Made by a program: the position numbers and the translations under genes
From: Octopus vulgaris
Lineage: Eukaryota
DNA: 64,000 nt
Reading direction: 5' to 3'
Assembly: GCA_951406725.2 (NCBI GenBank)
Contig: OX597834.1
Span: forward strand, 15,934,001-15,998,000
The notes under the pieces: generated by a model
What the model saw: the letters and a program-made list of their open reading frames with translations, nothing else
Told to the model about the DNA's origin: nothing
Database searches by the model: none
Part shown: piece by piece, positions 1 to 14,660 of the stretch
Position numbering within the stretch: the stretch's first letter is position 1
Layout of the letters: each line of letters opens with the position of its first letter

Positions 1-136
1 AGCAACAACAGAACACTAAACCGAGACAAATATTTCAATTTATGTGGAAATGTTGGAAAAAGAAAACACACACACTTTTTAAGAACATGACCACTGGCAA
101 TGAATTTTGAAGACTCCCATCCAACCCCTACCTCAC

Positions 137-816
<680 letters not shown>

Positions 817-1247
817 TCCTCTTTTTCTATCTTTCTTTTCGCATTGTTCCAAATAAAAGAAAATTATCAAAGACAACAAATAATATGAAGTGACAACAAG
901 GAAACAAGACAAAGATAAAAAGGAAAAAAAAAATGAACACACCACTATAATGCTGCTGCTGCTACTACTACTACTACTACTACCACTACCACTATTTGAA
1001 GTGATTTTTCCAAAGATAAAAAACGAAAACAAAACAGACAAAGAAACAAGAAAAAAAACACGCGCTCGCTCGCTAAAGTGGATTGAGCCCTTAAGGGCAA
1101 TGAAACGGGGTGTAGAGCAGAGCATACTTATTAGAACTTGAAAAGGGTGGGAGAGAGCAGCGGTGATGATGATGAGGATGATGGTGGTGATGATGATGAT
1201 GATGATGATGATGGTGGTGGTGATGATGATGGTGGTGATGATGATGG

Positions 1248-1278
<31 letters not shown>

Positions 1279-3829
1279 GATGATGATGGTGACGATGACG
1301 GTAGTGATGGTTACAATGATGGCGATGAGGAGAAGTGAAGAAGTTTACAAAAAAATATGGAGGTGTGCGGCAGGAGGCAGGGATAGAAACCGATTTTTTT
1401 CCCAGTAGTTCTTGTGAAACATCTCAAGTGGAATTGAAATTACTTTCCTGGCAATATGAAGACCACTTTCATCTCCTTCTACCCCTCACCTCCACCCACT
1501 CTCTCCCTCCCTCCTTCTTCTACCTTTTTTTTTTTTTTTTTTGCCTGGAAGAAATATCCCCCCTCCTCCTCTGCTTCCGCTTGGAAATCTTCACCTTGAT
1601 AAGAGATTTACTTCATCTTCATATTTGTTTTCTCCAAAGACCTATTGTAGCATCTGGTGAAGTGGCTACGCAGTGGTGGTGGTCGTGGTGGAGGTGGTGG
1701 TGGAGGTGGTGGTGGTGGTGGACTTCTGAGGGCCACAACAGTTGGCTAGCCATTTGTCCTCAGTCAGCAACATCTGCGTTCTGTCTATGTCCACTTGTTT
1801 TCTTTTCTTTGGTCTTTCTTTCTTTTGGAATGAAGGGCCTATGATGAGTTAAGCAGGAGCCTTCACCTGATCACTCATCACCATAATCACTTAACCATCA
1901 TCATTACCACCACCACCAATACCAACTTCATTATCATCACCACCACCAACACCAACTTCATCATCGCTTAATCACCACCACCACCAACAACTTCATCATC
2001 GCTTAATCACCACCACCACCAACTTCATTATCATCACTTAATCAGCATCACCACCACCAACTTCATCATTGCTTAATCACCACCATCACCACCAATTTCA
2101 TCATCATCATCACCACCACCATTACCACCAACTTCATCATCATCATCATCATCACTTAATCATCATCACCTTAATTATCATCACAACCACCATCATCATC
2201 ATCATCACCATCACCTCTAACCCACCACTACCATCATTGTCGTCATTCTCATTTCACCTCTGCTTGCCATGCTGGCAGGAGTTGGATGGATCATTACACT
2301 CCAAGGCAATTCTTATCTAAATCAGAGATACTATATTCCGAGAGGGGATGGCAGGGGAATAAAACACCTGGTGGTTTGCTGTGCTTGAAAAGACCTGCCA
2401 AACTAAGTACAAAGCATGGTTACCCTTGCATACAGGCTCATCCCCTGCAACCCCCTCCAGCTGAACATCCCTAATCTTGGGGGCTTGTAGGTGCCAGAGC
2501 CATGTAAAAAGTACTCATGCTGGTGCTGCATAAAAGTACCCAGTATACTCTCTAAAGTGGTTGGCATTAGGAAAGGCATCCAGATGTAGAAAACATGCCA
2601 AAACAGACGTGGAGCCTGAACAGCCCTTTAACTGGTCAGCTTCTGTCAAACTGTCCAACCCATGCCAGCATGGAAAATGGACATTAAATGATGACAACAT
2701 TGATGATGGATCGACAGATCACGTCACACATATATTCCTCAATTTTGGTTTAGTTTCTATGGCTGGATGCCCTTCTCTTCACCATAACATGCTGGGCAGA
2801 TTTTATCATGGCACCAGCACTGGAGGGGTTGTCATGTCCTCAACAAGATGCAAAGGCCAAGTAAGCAAAATCGCAGATATTTACAGACAAATGGAAGGAT
2901 ACTTTGCAGAAGATGGACATAGACCACTTGTTTGCATCCAGAATATTGCATGTAGGTAAAGTGTGTGGGGAGGGAAGGGAATCACAAGGATTCTGCAGAA
3001 GGTTATACTTTCTACATTGGAATAGAATAAAATAATGTTGTGTACTTAACCCTTTTGCATTCAGATTATTCTACCGAATCTAATGCTTATCATTACCCCC
3101 ACCTTAGCAAAGGTGGCGGTATTGTTTTAGAAGATTTAAGTAAAATTATACAAATGTGTCCAACTGTTTAAATTAATTCTATTTATTTATGCAACTGAGG
3201 ATAGCTCTACATTTAAATTGATGTAATGATTGCATTGCTCAATTAAATGGAGCATGGCACCTTGGGGAAGTGTCTTCTGCTACAGCCTTGGACCGGCAAA
3301 GCCTTGTGAATGGATTTGCTAGTTGATGTTGGTGTGTTTACGTCCCCATAACTTAGCGGTTCAGCAAAAGAAACCGATAGGATTAGTACTAGGCTTACAA
3401 GGAATAAGTCCTGGGGATCAATTTGTTCGACTAAAGGTGATGCTCCAGTATGGCCGCAGCCAAATGACTAAAACAAGGCACGTAAAAAGCACCTACTACA
3501 CTCATGGAGTGGTTGGCGTTAGGAAGGGCATCCAGCCGTAGAAACATTGCCAGATCAGACTGGGCCTGGTGCAGCCTTCTGGTTTCCCAGACCCCAGTTG
3601 GAAATTATGATGATGATGATGATGATGATGTGTGTGTACACACAAGTACATATACACATGATAGTTTTCTTTCAGTTTCTATAATATACCAATATGTAAT
3701 CCACTCACTAGGTTTTAACCAGGCAGAAGGATAGAGAAGATACTTGCTGAAGGTGCCATGCAGTTAGACTGAACCTAAAACCAGACAGTAAAGGAGTGAG
3801 CTTCTTAACTACAACATACAGTCACCATC

Positions 3830-4404
3830 ATTTGGTCATATATCCACAACAGCCTCATTTCTACCGCTCTATGTCACGCTGGTGAGACCCATATTGGAGT
3901 ACGGGATTCAAGTCTCTTCTCTTTATCTCCTCAAAGACATATATCATCTCAAAAGAGTCCAGAATCTGGCTACCCGCATGGTTCTTGGTCTCAAGCATTT
4001 GTCTTATGAAGAAAGGCTGAAGACGCTCGACCTGTATTCTCTAGAAAAACGACAACGCCGTGGTGATCTCATTCTTGCTCACAACATCATAAGCGGAAAG
4101 TGTAACCTCTCGAAAGAACTGTTCTTCACTCCTGCTCCAGAGCGTAGGCTGCGGGGTCACTCCAAAAAGCTCTATCTGCGACGATTTCATCTCAATCGAA
4201 GGAGAGGGGCTTTCTCTGTCCGGGTTGCGAATCCGTGGAATAAGCTGCCAGACGAGATAGTGAAGATGCTGACGACCACTCGGTTCAAAGTCTCTCTTGA
4301 CCAGAAATGGCCTGAACTCTTTGCATGAACACCCCTGTACATAACTCCATGTCCCCCTACATGGCCTTGCTTTTTGCTTTTTGAGCCAAAAAATTAACTT
4401 AACT
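3830..4404 (+). mobile_element. 5'-truncated CR1-clade LINE (ORF2 C-terminus and 3' UTR)
   Basis: RPILEY...RVQNLATRMV.GLKHLSYEERLKTLDLYSLEKR.RRGDLI...LRGH.KKL...FSVRV..WNKLP, followed by a short ttaac repeat tail. Confidence 0.9.
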
Positions 4405-6068
4405 ATACAATGTATCCAACCCACCCTCACTTTTAGTTTTAATATGAGATTTAGAGGGAATATTTGGCTGCTATTTCTTTCTCGCAGATTGAAGATTGAG
4501 AACCCCATCCCCCCACCCGCCAGTTGTAGATGTCCCCCTCGTTGGGGTGGCTCCAAATCAATAATTCAGGGTGGCATAATTGTGATCCGCCTTTGTAAGC
4601 AAAGGCAGTAACGCAGAATTAATGTGAATTTAATTGGCTTGCGAATTTCAGTTTAATTCCTCTGATAGGAACCCTACTACCACCAGGAAAAAAAACAGAA
4701 AAAGCTCCTTTTTTTTTTTTAAAGGAAAAAAAAATGGGCCCTAAACTATAATTAACTCGCATTAAAGAAAGAAATCCTTGAGATTAAGAAAACAGATTAC
4801 CCTTAGCTAATGTTAAAACTATGAAGACCATCAAATTGCAGATTCCTTCTCCCCCTTCACCCCCCCCCCCCCGTACATTTTAAGGTGTAAAATTACCATA
4901 ATTAGTTAACTACAATGTCATCTAAAATATAATGGGACACTATTTTCTGTAATATATTTCCTCTCAGATTTTTTGTTAGTTTTTTTTAATTTTCTTAAGT
5001 TCTAAATTCTATCAAAGGTGCAAGCATGGTCGTGTGGTTAAGGCAGTTCGTTTTGCAGCCATGTGGTTTTCAAGATCAATCCCAGTGTGTGGTAGCTTGG
5101 GCATGCGTTTTTTTTTTATTACGGCCCTGACCAGACCAATAACTTGGGAGTGAATTTGGTAGACTGAAACTGTGTGGAAACCCATCATGTATCTATGCGT
5201 ATGGGTGTGTGTGTATCTATATCTTCATCCTCGTCATCATCCTTTAACGTTCATTTCCCACACTGGTATGGGTTGGACGGTTTGACAAGAGCTGGCCATC
5301 AGGAATGTTGCACCAGATTCCAGTCAGATTTGGCTTAGTATCTGCAGTTGAATGCATTTCCTAATGCCAACCACTTTACAGAGTGTGCTGGGTGCTTTTA
5401 ACACGGCATCGACCCAAGCTCTTTTACATGGCGCCAGCACGAGGGTTTTTTATGTGGTGCCACCATAGGGCTCTTGCACTACAGGCCAATCCTCTTTACC
5501 AGAAGGGGGGGACCTTGACACTTCTGCTGTGGCGAATGGGTCTTCTTGAGTACAGCAAGGCACCAGGTATATCAGTCATGTGTGTGTCTCAGGCCTCACC
5601 CTCCACCATGTGACAACTGGTATTGGTTTGTTTACATATCCTTAACTTAGCACTTTAGTAAAAGAGACTAACAGAATAAGAACCAGACTTTAAAAAAAAA
5701 ATTTTTTTTTACACACTGGTTTCAATTTGTTTAGCTAAAACTCTTGAATGTGATACCCCAGCATGGCCACAGTTCAATGACAGAACCAAGCAAAAGATAA
5801 TGCAAAGTGCTAATTCTGACCCTGATATTGTATATCAGATTCTTCACATAGGGGGCTTTTTTTTTTTTCATTTTCTCTCCCTGATCTCACCCTGTTTTAC
5901 AAGGGGGATGCTGGAAAGTTCCTGGCTTTAAGGGTCTTGTGAAATGCTTGGTTGCAGGCCGAACCTTCTGAGTTTTTTTACAGAGCTTAGACAAACTGAA
6001 GGACTGCTGCAATAAGTGTGTGAATCTGAGAGGAAAATCATAATTAATTTGTGTAAATTACCTAATTC

Positions 6069-6527
6069 AGATTGGTGAATGCAATTGTCTTCCCAATAGC
6101 AACATATGGATGCAAGACCTGGACACTAAAGAAAGCTGACCAGAAGAGAATTAATGCATTCGAGCTTTGGTGTTGGAGAAGACTTTTGCGGATTCCATGG
6201 ACAGCGAGGCTCACCAATGGAGAAGTTCTTAAGCAGATCAGGCCGAAAATGTCGCTAGAAGCTGGGATCACCAAGCATAGATTGGCATATTTCAGTCATA
6301 TTATGTAGAGAAAATCTCTGGAGAAGGACATCATGCTCGGCGGAATGGTCAGTGGCAAAAGAGGAAGAGGCGGACCAAGAACCCGCTGGCTTGACACCAT
6401 CAGGAGTGATACCGGAATGGACATAGCCAATCTGAAAGAAGCGACCCAGGATAGAACTGACTGGAGGACACTGATCCATCGAGTAACCGAGAGTCGACTT
6501 CGACTGAGCGGATAGATAGATAGATAG
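6069..6527 (+). mobile_element. 5'-truncated RTE (BovB-like) LINE
   Basis: VFPIATYGCKTWTLKKADQKRINAFELWCWRRLLRIPWTAR...GKRGRGGPRTRWLD; in-frame stop at 6306; (gata)n tail; 9-bp TSD acctaattc at 6060-6068 and 6528-6536. Confidence 0.9.
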
Positions 6528-6786
6528 ACCTAATTCCCAATGTAAATTACTATGAGAAAAACACTTCATTTCTTATCCTGAACATCACACAATCATATTT
6601 TCTTCCAAGTATACATTTGTGACTGTGAAACTAAGCAAACAACATCAACAAAAATATAATAATAAATAAAAAGGAAAAGAAAATTGTAATATTTCTTTTT
6701 CCACTAAGAAATAAACATCACATAATTTTTATTCACAGCTATCATCACTGCTGCTGCTGCCGCTACTACTACTACTACCATCACCA

Positions 6787-6864
6787 CTAACTTGCCTCCT
6801 GGTAAATCTGAAGAATTGTTGTGTTTGGTGCCCACAAATCACCGTTTCTTAATCTCTTAAGACA
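6787..6864 (-). CDS. Coding exon [23 protein letters not shown], either spliced at a GC donor after 6796 or read through to AS-stop at 6787
   Basis: C/T-rich acceptor cctgtccacctacccag; phase 0 matches the 11488 exon; GAG|gcaagt is a consensus GC donor; in-frame TAG at 6787-6789; minus-strand AATAAA at 6728-6733. Confidence 0.65.
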   Translation of the reverse strand, partial: CLKRLRNGDLWAPNTTILQIYQEAS

Positions 6865-7129
6865 CTGGGTAGGTGGACAGGTAGGTAGGTGGACAGGTGA
6901 GTAGGTGAATTGAATGATAGATAGACAAATAGGTAGATAGATAGACAGATAGATAGATAGATAGACAGATAGATAGATAGATAGACAGATAGATAGGTAG
7001 ATAGATAGATAGACAGATAGATAGACAGATAGATAGATAGACAGACAGATAGGTAGATAGATAGATAGACAGATAGATAGATAGACAGACAGATAGGTAG
7101 ATAGACAGATAGATAGATAGACAGACAGA

Positions 7130-7161
<32 letters not shown>

Positions 7162-7818
7162 TAGATAGATAGACAGAAAGACAAACAGATAGATAGATAG
7201 ATAGATGGATTGGTAGATAGATACATACATAGAAAAAAGAAAAGAAGAAAGATAGATAGATAGAGATATGTGTGTGTATATGTATGGATATATATATATG
7301 CAATGCCCCAGCATGGCCACAGCCTAAGGGCTGAAACAATATGTAATAGAATATATATATATAATGGACAAATAGATGGCTAACTTGTGAGATAAATAGA
7401 CAAACACATGGTTGGTTTGTTAGAGACAGAAAGAGAGACAGAAGCACAAAGAGAGGCAGATGGAGAGAGAGATGGATGGCCAAATAAATAAATAGATAAA
7501 TAAGACGTTTCCTTTATATTCTCCATAACAGACAAAACTAGTAAACAATGCTTTTAGCAAAATGCATTTCCAAGTTGTTATGGTATCTCCGGTTGTGGGT
7601 TTTAACTGTGGTGGTCACCACATAACAGGGTCTTGTTTACAAGTATGGCTACTAGCAATGAATAGCAGGAAATTGCTCAAAATAGGAAATGGGGGTGTTG
7701 AGGAAGGGACAAGGTATGCAGATGTTTCTGGTGGTGGTGGTGGTGGTGGTGGTGGTGGTGGTGGTGGTGGTAGTGGTGGTGGTGTAGAAGTATACCCGTC
7801 ACATGACATCAGGTGATC

Positions 7819-7836
7819 TCAAGCCTGGTTACCAAA
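7819..7836 (-). CDS. Candidate alternative terminal exon coding FGNQA-stop
   Basis: Acceptor tttcctcgcatttttataaacag followed in phase 0 by TTT GGT AAC CAG GCT TGA and unique UTR-like sequence. Confidence 0.4.
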   Translation of the reverse strand, partial: FGNQA

Positions 7837-8372
7837 CTGTTTATAAAAATGCGAGGAAACATAATGAAGTTTCTGTTTTTTAAACATCGAAAACATTCCC
7901 CCCTGCACCCCGCCTCAGTCTCCTCCCACCCCACACCGATATCTTAGATGCTAAGCAAAGATTTAACCCTTCAGAGTTCAAATTACTCTGCCATGTGTAA
8001 AGCTAATTTATTCATATTGTTTTGAATTAATCATGTCTCATAGCTTTGGGATTTGGGTGATGCTACTGTCTATTTACAGAATGGCATTGTAGGGTAGGTG
8101 TGAGAGGTTAGACCTGGTCATTTTGAACATAAAACAGGCAGAATATTTGGGCCACACACATACAGACATGAGAGGCAGTCTTCAATTTCTGTCCACCAAA
8201 TCCATTCACAATGATATGACCAGTCCAGGACTTTAGAAGAGGACACTTTCCCAATGTGTCACTCAGTCCCATTGAGTGACACCAGAAGTGTGTGGGTTGG
8301 GAAGCAAACTTCTTGACCACACAGTTACACACACACACACACACACACACACACGACAGGTAACCCTAACCC

Positions 8373-8755
8373 ATTTAGTAGGTATTTATTATCAGAACGT
8401 CAATTATAATAATAAATTATGGGCTAGGAAAGATACTAGAAACTTTTTTGATATACCTATGGGGGCACCAGATTCTGCTCAGGCTACCGATTTAGTAGGT
8501 ATTTATTTATTATCAGAACTTCAATTATAATAATAAATGGGCTAGGAAAGATACTAGAAACTTTTTTGATATACCTATGGGGGCACCAGATTCTGCTCAG
8601 GCTACCGATTTAGTAGATATTTATTTATTATCAGAACTTCAATTATAATAATAAATGGGCTAGGAAAGATACTAGAAACTTTTTTGATATACCTATGGGG
8701 GCACCAGATTCTGCTCAGGCTACCGATTTAGTAGGTATTTATTTATTATCAGAAC
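8373..8755 (+). repeat. Tandem array (3.25 x 117-118 bp) of a Penelope-like reverse transcriptase fragment
   Basis: Units start at 8373, 8490, 8608 and 8726; they encode WARKDTRNFFDIPMGAPDSAQATDLVGIYLLSELQ, matching the PLE RT motif FDVxMGSxDxAExxxLVGxYLL. Confidence 0.75.
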
Positions 8756-9185
8756 ACATGACAGGATGCCTTCAGTTTCTACACACCAAATCCATTCACA
8801 AAGAGATAACCAGCCTAGGACTTCAGAAGAGGACATGCTCCCAAGGTGTCACTCAGTAGGACTGAACCCAGAGGTATGTGGGTTGGAAAGCAAACTTCTT
8901 GACCACACAGCTACACACACACACACACATAATCATTTTCCTCATTTGTGCTTGCTGCTACTCAGTGAGGTTTCTATAGGCCAACAAGGAAGCCATACAC
9001 CAAAGGGTCCTCCATGTGTCGCAGTCCACTGGTGCACCACAAGAGGATTTAGGTATGTCACATGTGTGCCATGGATTATAAAAATACAATCTTAAGCTTT
9101 AGCAAATCCTTGTTATTGCTCGATCATTTTGAAAAACATAATTCTTCATTTTATTAAACACAAATGTGATTCATAAAATAAAGGT

Positions 9186-9560
9186 TGAGTGGCTGTGTAG
9201 TAAGTAGCTTGCTAACCAACCACATGGTTCCGGGTTCAGTCCCACTGCGTGGCACCTTGGGCAAGTGTCTACTGCTATAGCCTCGGGCCAACCAAAGCCT
9301 TGTGAGTGGATTTGGTAGACGGAAACTGAAAGAAGCCCGTTGTATATATATATATATGTGTGTGTTTGTGTTTGTCCCCCTAGCATTGCTTGACAACCGA
9401 TGCTGGTGTGTTTACGTCCCCGTCACTTAGCAGTTCGGCAAAAAGAGACCGATAGAATAAGTACTGGGCTTACAAAGAATAAGTCCCGGGGTCGATTTGC
9501 TCGACTAAAGGCGGTGCTCCAGCATGGCCGCAGTCAAATGACTGAAACAAGTAAAAGTAA
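9186..9560 (+). mobile_element. tRNA-derived SINE family A (internal TA/TG microsatellite, tail ctgaaacaagtaaaagag)
   Basis: A-box tggctgtgtagtaag and B-box-like ggttcagtccc; many copies in the window. Confidence 0.85.
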
Positions 9561-10972
9561 AAAGAAAAACAGATTTCCATCATTTTTCTAGATTTTCTAG
9601 ATTTTTCCAACAAAAATATTCCTATGTACCAATAGTTTTGGGCTTTCTGTGTGAAATTCACCTTGAATTTTAAATGTTTCTTTGCAAAATATGGCAGTAA
9701 TTAGCTTTCAATGTGAAGCGCATCAGTAATTATTTTTATTGCACTCCAATGCAGTGCACCATAAAGTCAAAAAAGGTGTGAATCACAGTTCTATACAGTA
9801 ACTTGATCTGCTAGAATTAACAGCCAAATCTTCCTCAAATCACGCATCGTTTTATAATGGCTTCAAATTTTGGCAGAAACCCAACAATTTTAAGGGAAGA
9901 TGTAAAGTCAATTACATCATTCCCTGTGCTCAACTGGCACTTATTATATCAGCCCCTGGAAAGTTGAAAGGCAAAGTTGACCATGGCAGGATTTGAACTT
10001 GGAACCCAAGCAACCAGAAAAAAATGCCCCAAAACAATTTTGTCTGATGTACTAAAGATTTAACCACCTTGTCACCTTACACTGTCTTATAATAAAAAGA
10101 ACACATTGGAGAGATGTGAAATTTGTCCCAGATATACTACTAAAACAGAAAGTTTACCAACACACACTCCATTTAATCAGAGAATTATGGCCATGCTGTA
10201 GCAGCACCATTAATACTGAAAATAGCACCAACTTCAGAAGTTATTTTAAAGTCTGGTGCTTACTTTTGCTACCTATTATTTTGTTGTTGCCAAAACTAAG
10301 TTACTGAAAATGGATTTTTTTTTTTTTTGTGTTAACTTAAAGATAGAAAATGAGACAGACATGCAAACACTTCTGAGGGGATTCAGCACATTTTCCACTC
10401 ACCAATGTCAAACTGAAAGTCATTGGTCTGCATATCACTATAAGAGAAGAAACTTACCTAAGATGTTGTGCAGAGAGACCAAGCCCCCCCAGCCCCATCA
10501 TTATTGCAAAGGGATCGTCTTAATAACACAACCAGGCTGACACCTGTGAAATTTATTTTACTCCTCAATCCAGCTATAAGAAACCAGGCCAAAACAGACA
10601 TGGAGCCTGAACAGCCCTTCAACTGGTCAGCTCCTGTCAAACCGTCCAACCCACAACCCATGCCAGCATGGAAAACGGATATTAAATGATGATGATGATG
10701 GTGGTGATGATGATGATGATGATGACGATAGTGATGATGATGATGATGATGAGCATGTCTTCATGATTAGGGTGTTGGACTCATGGTAGTAAGGTTGTGG
10801 TTTCGATTCCTGGATCAGAAAATGTTGTTTTTCTTGAGCAAGACACTTCATTTCCCATTGTTCTAGGCCATTCAGCAGTAACCCTGCAATGGACGGGCAT
10901 CCCATCCAGAGAGGAATATATATACACCAGAGAAACCAGTCCTATGCTCCTTACAGAGTAATGAGGACTAAT

Positions 10973-11468
10973 CATCATCATCATCATCGTTTAACATCCG
11001 CTTTCCGTGCTGGCATGGATTGGACGGTTTGAATGGGGATTGGCTGCACCAGGCTCCAATCTGATCAGGCAAGGTTTCTACAGCTGGATGCCCTTCCTAA
11101 TGCCAACCATTCAGAAAGTGTAGTGGGTGCTTTTTACATGCCACTGGCACAGGAGCCAATCAGGGGGCACTGGCATCGACCACATTTGGCTGGTGCTTTT
11201 TTTAGGTCCCACCAGCACAGGAGCTAGCCAGGGGGCACTGGCATCGACCACATTCAGATGATGCTTTTTTAGGTGCCACTAGCAGAGGAGCTAGTCAGGG
11301 GGCACTGACATCGACCATGTTCGGATGGTGTTTTCTTACATGCCACCAGCAGGGGAGCCAGTTAGGGGGAACTGGTGTCGATCATGATCGGATGGTGCTT
11401 TTTTATGTGCTAGCAGCACGGGAGCCAGTCAGGGGGCACTGGTATCAATCAACTACATTCGGATGGTA
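10973..11468 (-). mobile_element. SINE family C ((GAT)n tail, RTE-5'UTR-like ggcattaggaagggcatccagctgtagaaa) with an internal ~60-bp tandem repeat
   Basis: The same motif occurs at 26622-26822, 31856-32192, 50210-50682, 52377-52635, 52730-53030, 61057-61208 and 62050-62275. Confidence 0.75.
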
Positions 11469-11487
11469 TGTCTATAGTTGAACTTAC

Positions 11488-11534
11488 CTGATGTTGTTGT
11501 TCCAGACGATCAAGCTGCATTAAGTAGGAGTTAC
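11488..11534 (-). CDS. Internal coding exon (47 nt, phase 1-0): SNSYLMQLDRLEQQHQ
   Basis: Strong polypyrimidine acceptor tttttctcttttccag and consensus donor CAG|gtaagt; only the phase-1 frame is open, and it matches the upstream exon. Confidence 0.85.
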
Positions 11535-12843
11535 CTGGAAAAGAGAAAAAAGAAAAAGGGGGGAATAAATAATGGACTTATATTTTCTGAGAGAAAAAAA
11601 AATCACATTTAGAAAGAAAACAGGGTTCTATTCTTGTTCCATGACTGAATGATTATTGAAAGAGAAAGGAGGATTTATCCATCCAACTATGAAGACATTT
11701 TGTTTTAATTAGTATAAAGTACCAAAAAAATGAAGGAATGGAAACAGAGGAATACAGCAGTTGAATAAACAATAATACCAACCAATCTAGCATAGTACAC
11801 ACAGTTACATAATCTGACACCTAATACTCTATAATAGTGATTCCTAACTTGTGGTCCATGGACCCCTGGTGGTCCACAAGGGTAGCACTAGGGGCCTGTG
11901 AACATGTTAGGCTGACAGAACCTTTCAATATCCTGGTATTCGTGGGAAAACCCAATTCAATAAAAGGGGGTCCTTGGTAGTGAAAAGGCTTGTGTTTGTC
12001 CCCCCAACATCACTTGACAACCAATGCTGGTGTGTTTACGTCCCCGTAACTTAGCGGTTCAGCAAAAGAAACTGATAGAATAAGCACTAGGTTTACAAAG
12101 AATAAGTCCTGGGGTCGATTTGCTTGACTAAGGGCAGTGCTCCAGCATGGCCACAGTCAAATGACTGAAACAAGTAAGAGAGTAAAAGAGAGCATAAGAG
12201 TATGACAACAACGTTCACGTTTAAATATCCTTTTTGTAATTTTGTGTAAAGACATTTGCTAAGGTCTGTTCTGAAACAACAACTTAATAACAAACAGGAA
12301 TATTTTAATAAACCCTTACAAATTCAGGATTATTTTAAAACTCAATTCAAACAACCACCGAGTGAATTGCATTAAAAATACAATCACTAACTGGTTAATT
12401 ATCGTTAGAACAACGGTGAATGAATACAAAGCTGAACAGAAGAGAGATGAAATGATAACGAATAACATCAAATCAGCTGCTTACTTAAGGATTATGTCCC
12501 TCATCCATTTGTAAACGGCACAACTAGATTACTACACAGTCATTTCTGTTAAGACATTGATAGGTTACCTGTGAAAATAGACATAGGCACAGGTATGGCT
12601 GTGTGATAAGAGGCCTGGTTCCCAACCATATGGTTCCAAGTTCAGTCCCACTTTGTAGCACCATGAGCATGTGTCTTTTACTATAGCTCTGGGCTGACCA
12701 AAGCCTTGTGAGTGGATTTTGTAGAGAGAAATTGAAAGCCTGTTATGTATGCATATGTAACCTTCTCCAGCTGACCATCCCTTCAGCTGGTCAGCTTCTG
12801 GCAAACCATCCAGCCCATGTCTGCATGGAAAAATGGATGTTAA

Positions 12844-12924
12844 ATGATGATGATGATGATGGTGGTGGTGATGGTGATAGTGATGATGGTGGTGATGATG
12901 ATGATGGTGATAGTAATGATGATG

Positions 12925-12956
<32 letters not shown>

Positions 12957-13066
12957 GATGAAGATGACGACGATGATGGTGATGATGATGATGATGAAGA
13001 CGACGATGATGATGGTGATGATGATAGTGATGATGATGATGAAGACGACGATGATGATGATGATAG

Positions 13067-13097
<31 letters not shown>

Positions 13098-13145
13098 GGC
13101 GATGATGATGATGATGATAGTGATGATGATGATGACAATGATGAA
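12844..13145. repeat. (GAT)n trinucleotide expansion at a family C SINE tail
   Basis: Follows ...ggatgttaaat; another (GAT)n tract lies at 1163-1330. Confidence 0.9.
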
Positions 13146-14220
13146 AGGGTTTCTGTTAACGCTGCTTCAACGTTCACATCCGAATTTGGATAGAACTCTT
13201 AGCATTTTTGTTTTGTTTTAACCTTAAAAAACATTTTATTTTAAGCTCTTGTTGTGATTGCACAATGGGTGCACAAGAGTGTCACTGTTGTAGTTGTTGC
13301 CGGGGTAACTCTAATAAAAGGGGTCACACAAGCATCAAACGATACTTAAAAACATAAACATCATATTCGAAAGGAATGACAGTGGAAATATAACAATAAC
13401 CAACATCTTTCAAACACACACACACACATATACACCTACATCACCGGACACACATATATACATATCCACATATATACACATACGTCCCTTAAACATACAT
13501 ATATATATATATACACATACATCCTTACACACACATATATATACACATACATTCCCCACACACACACATATATATACATACATCCACACACAAAAATATA
13601 TAAACACATACATCTACACACACACACACATATACACATACATCCACATAAACATATATATACACATACATCCAGACACACAAGCACATATACACATACA
13701 TCTACACACACACATATATACACACACACACACATACACATATATATATACACATACATCCCCCCACACATATATATATACATACATCCACACACACATA
13801 TATACACATACATCCACACACACATATACACATACACCACACACACACATATACACATACATCCACATATACACATACGTCCACACACACACACATATAT
13901 ACACATACACCCACACACACATATATATACATACATCCAAACACACACACATATACACATCCACACACACATGCACATATATAAACAAATATACAATACG
14001 CACACACATGCATATACAGAAATGTGCATACACACACACACACATACATACATACATATACATTAATATAAACAGTATACATATAAACACACACCGGTAT
14101 ACACACACACACATATATACATACATATACATTAATATAAACAGCATACATATAAGCACACACACACATACATACATATACATGAATATAAACAGTATAC
14201 ATATAAGCACACACCGGTAT

Positions 14221-14255
<35 letters not shown>

Positions 14256-14660
14256 CATACACGTGCACACAGCCGTGTCAGTTTAAAATGTTCCCACAAT
14301 ACTTGTCAAAATTTCTGGTGTGACATAATGGAGTAGCGAGGCAGAAAAAACAAAACAAAACCAATATTTGGAAGAAATATTTAACTTCAGATTCCACAGA
14401 AGCCACAAAGAATAAGAAAGAATAATGGAGTTCTATAGAGAATGCGAGAAGAGCAGAATACAACAAACAGAATGTATGATGAACTCTGAACCCGAATGAT
14501 GATCAAATTCTGTGTAAACAACTTGGAACAATAGATTAATGATACTAAAAAGTGTTAGAGAATAAGGGAATGCAGAGACGGTTTCTGACAGAATTATTTT
14601 ATAATTCAATTCACATACATGATAGAGGTGGGTGTATAGATCCAAATAAATGGTATATAA

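Noticed and set aside
1849-1866. Possible final exon VKAPA* after the GC donor
   Set aside because: The acceptor (gatgagtgatcag) lacks a polypyrimidine tract; cannot be supported without transcripts.
5895-6040. Mariner-like terminal remnant
   Set aside because: Only one TIR-like end is recognisable; too degraded to call.
8373-8755. CRISPR-like regular repeats
   Set aside because: Units are identical end to end with no unique spacers, there are no cas genes, and the context is eukaryotic.
12708-13221. Poly-Asp/Met/Ser ORFs (also 1138-1408)
   Set aside because: (GAT)n expansions; the 12.8-kb one is the tail of a SINE.
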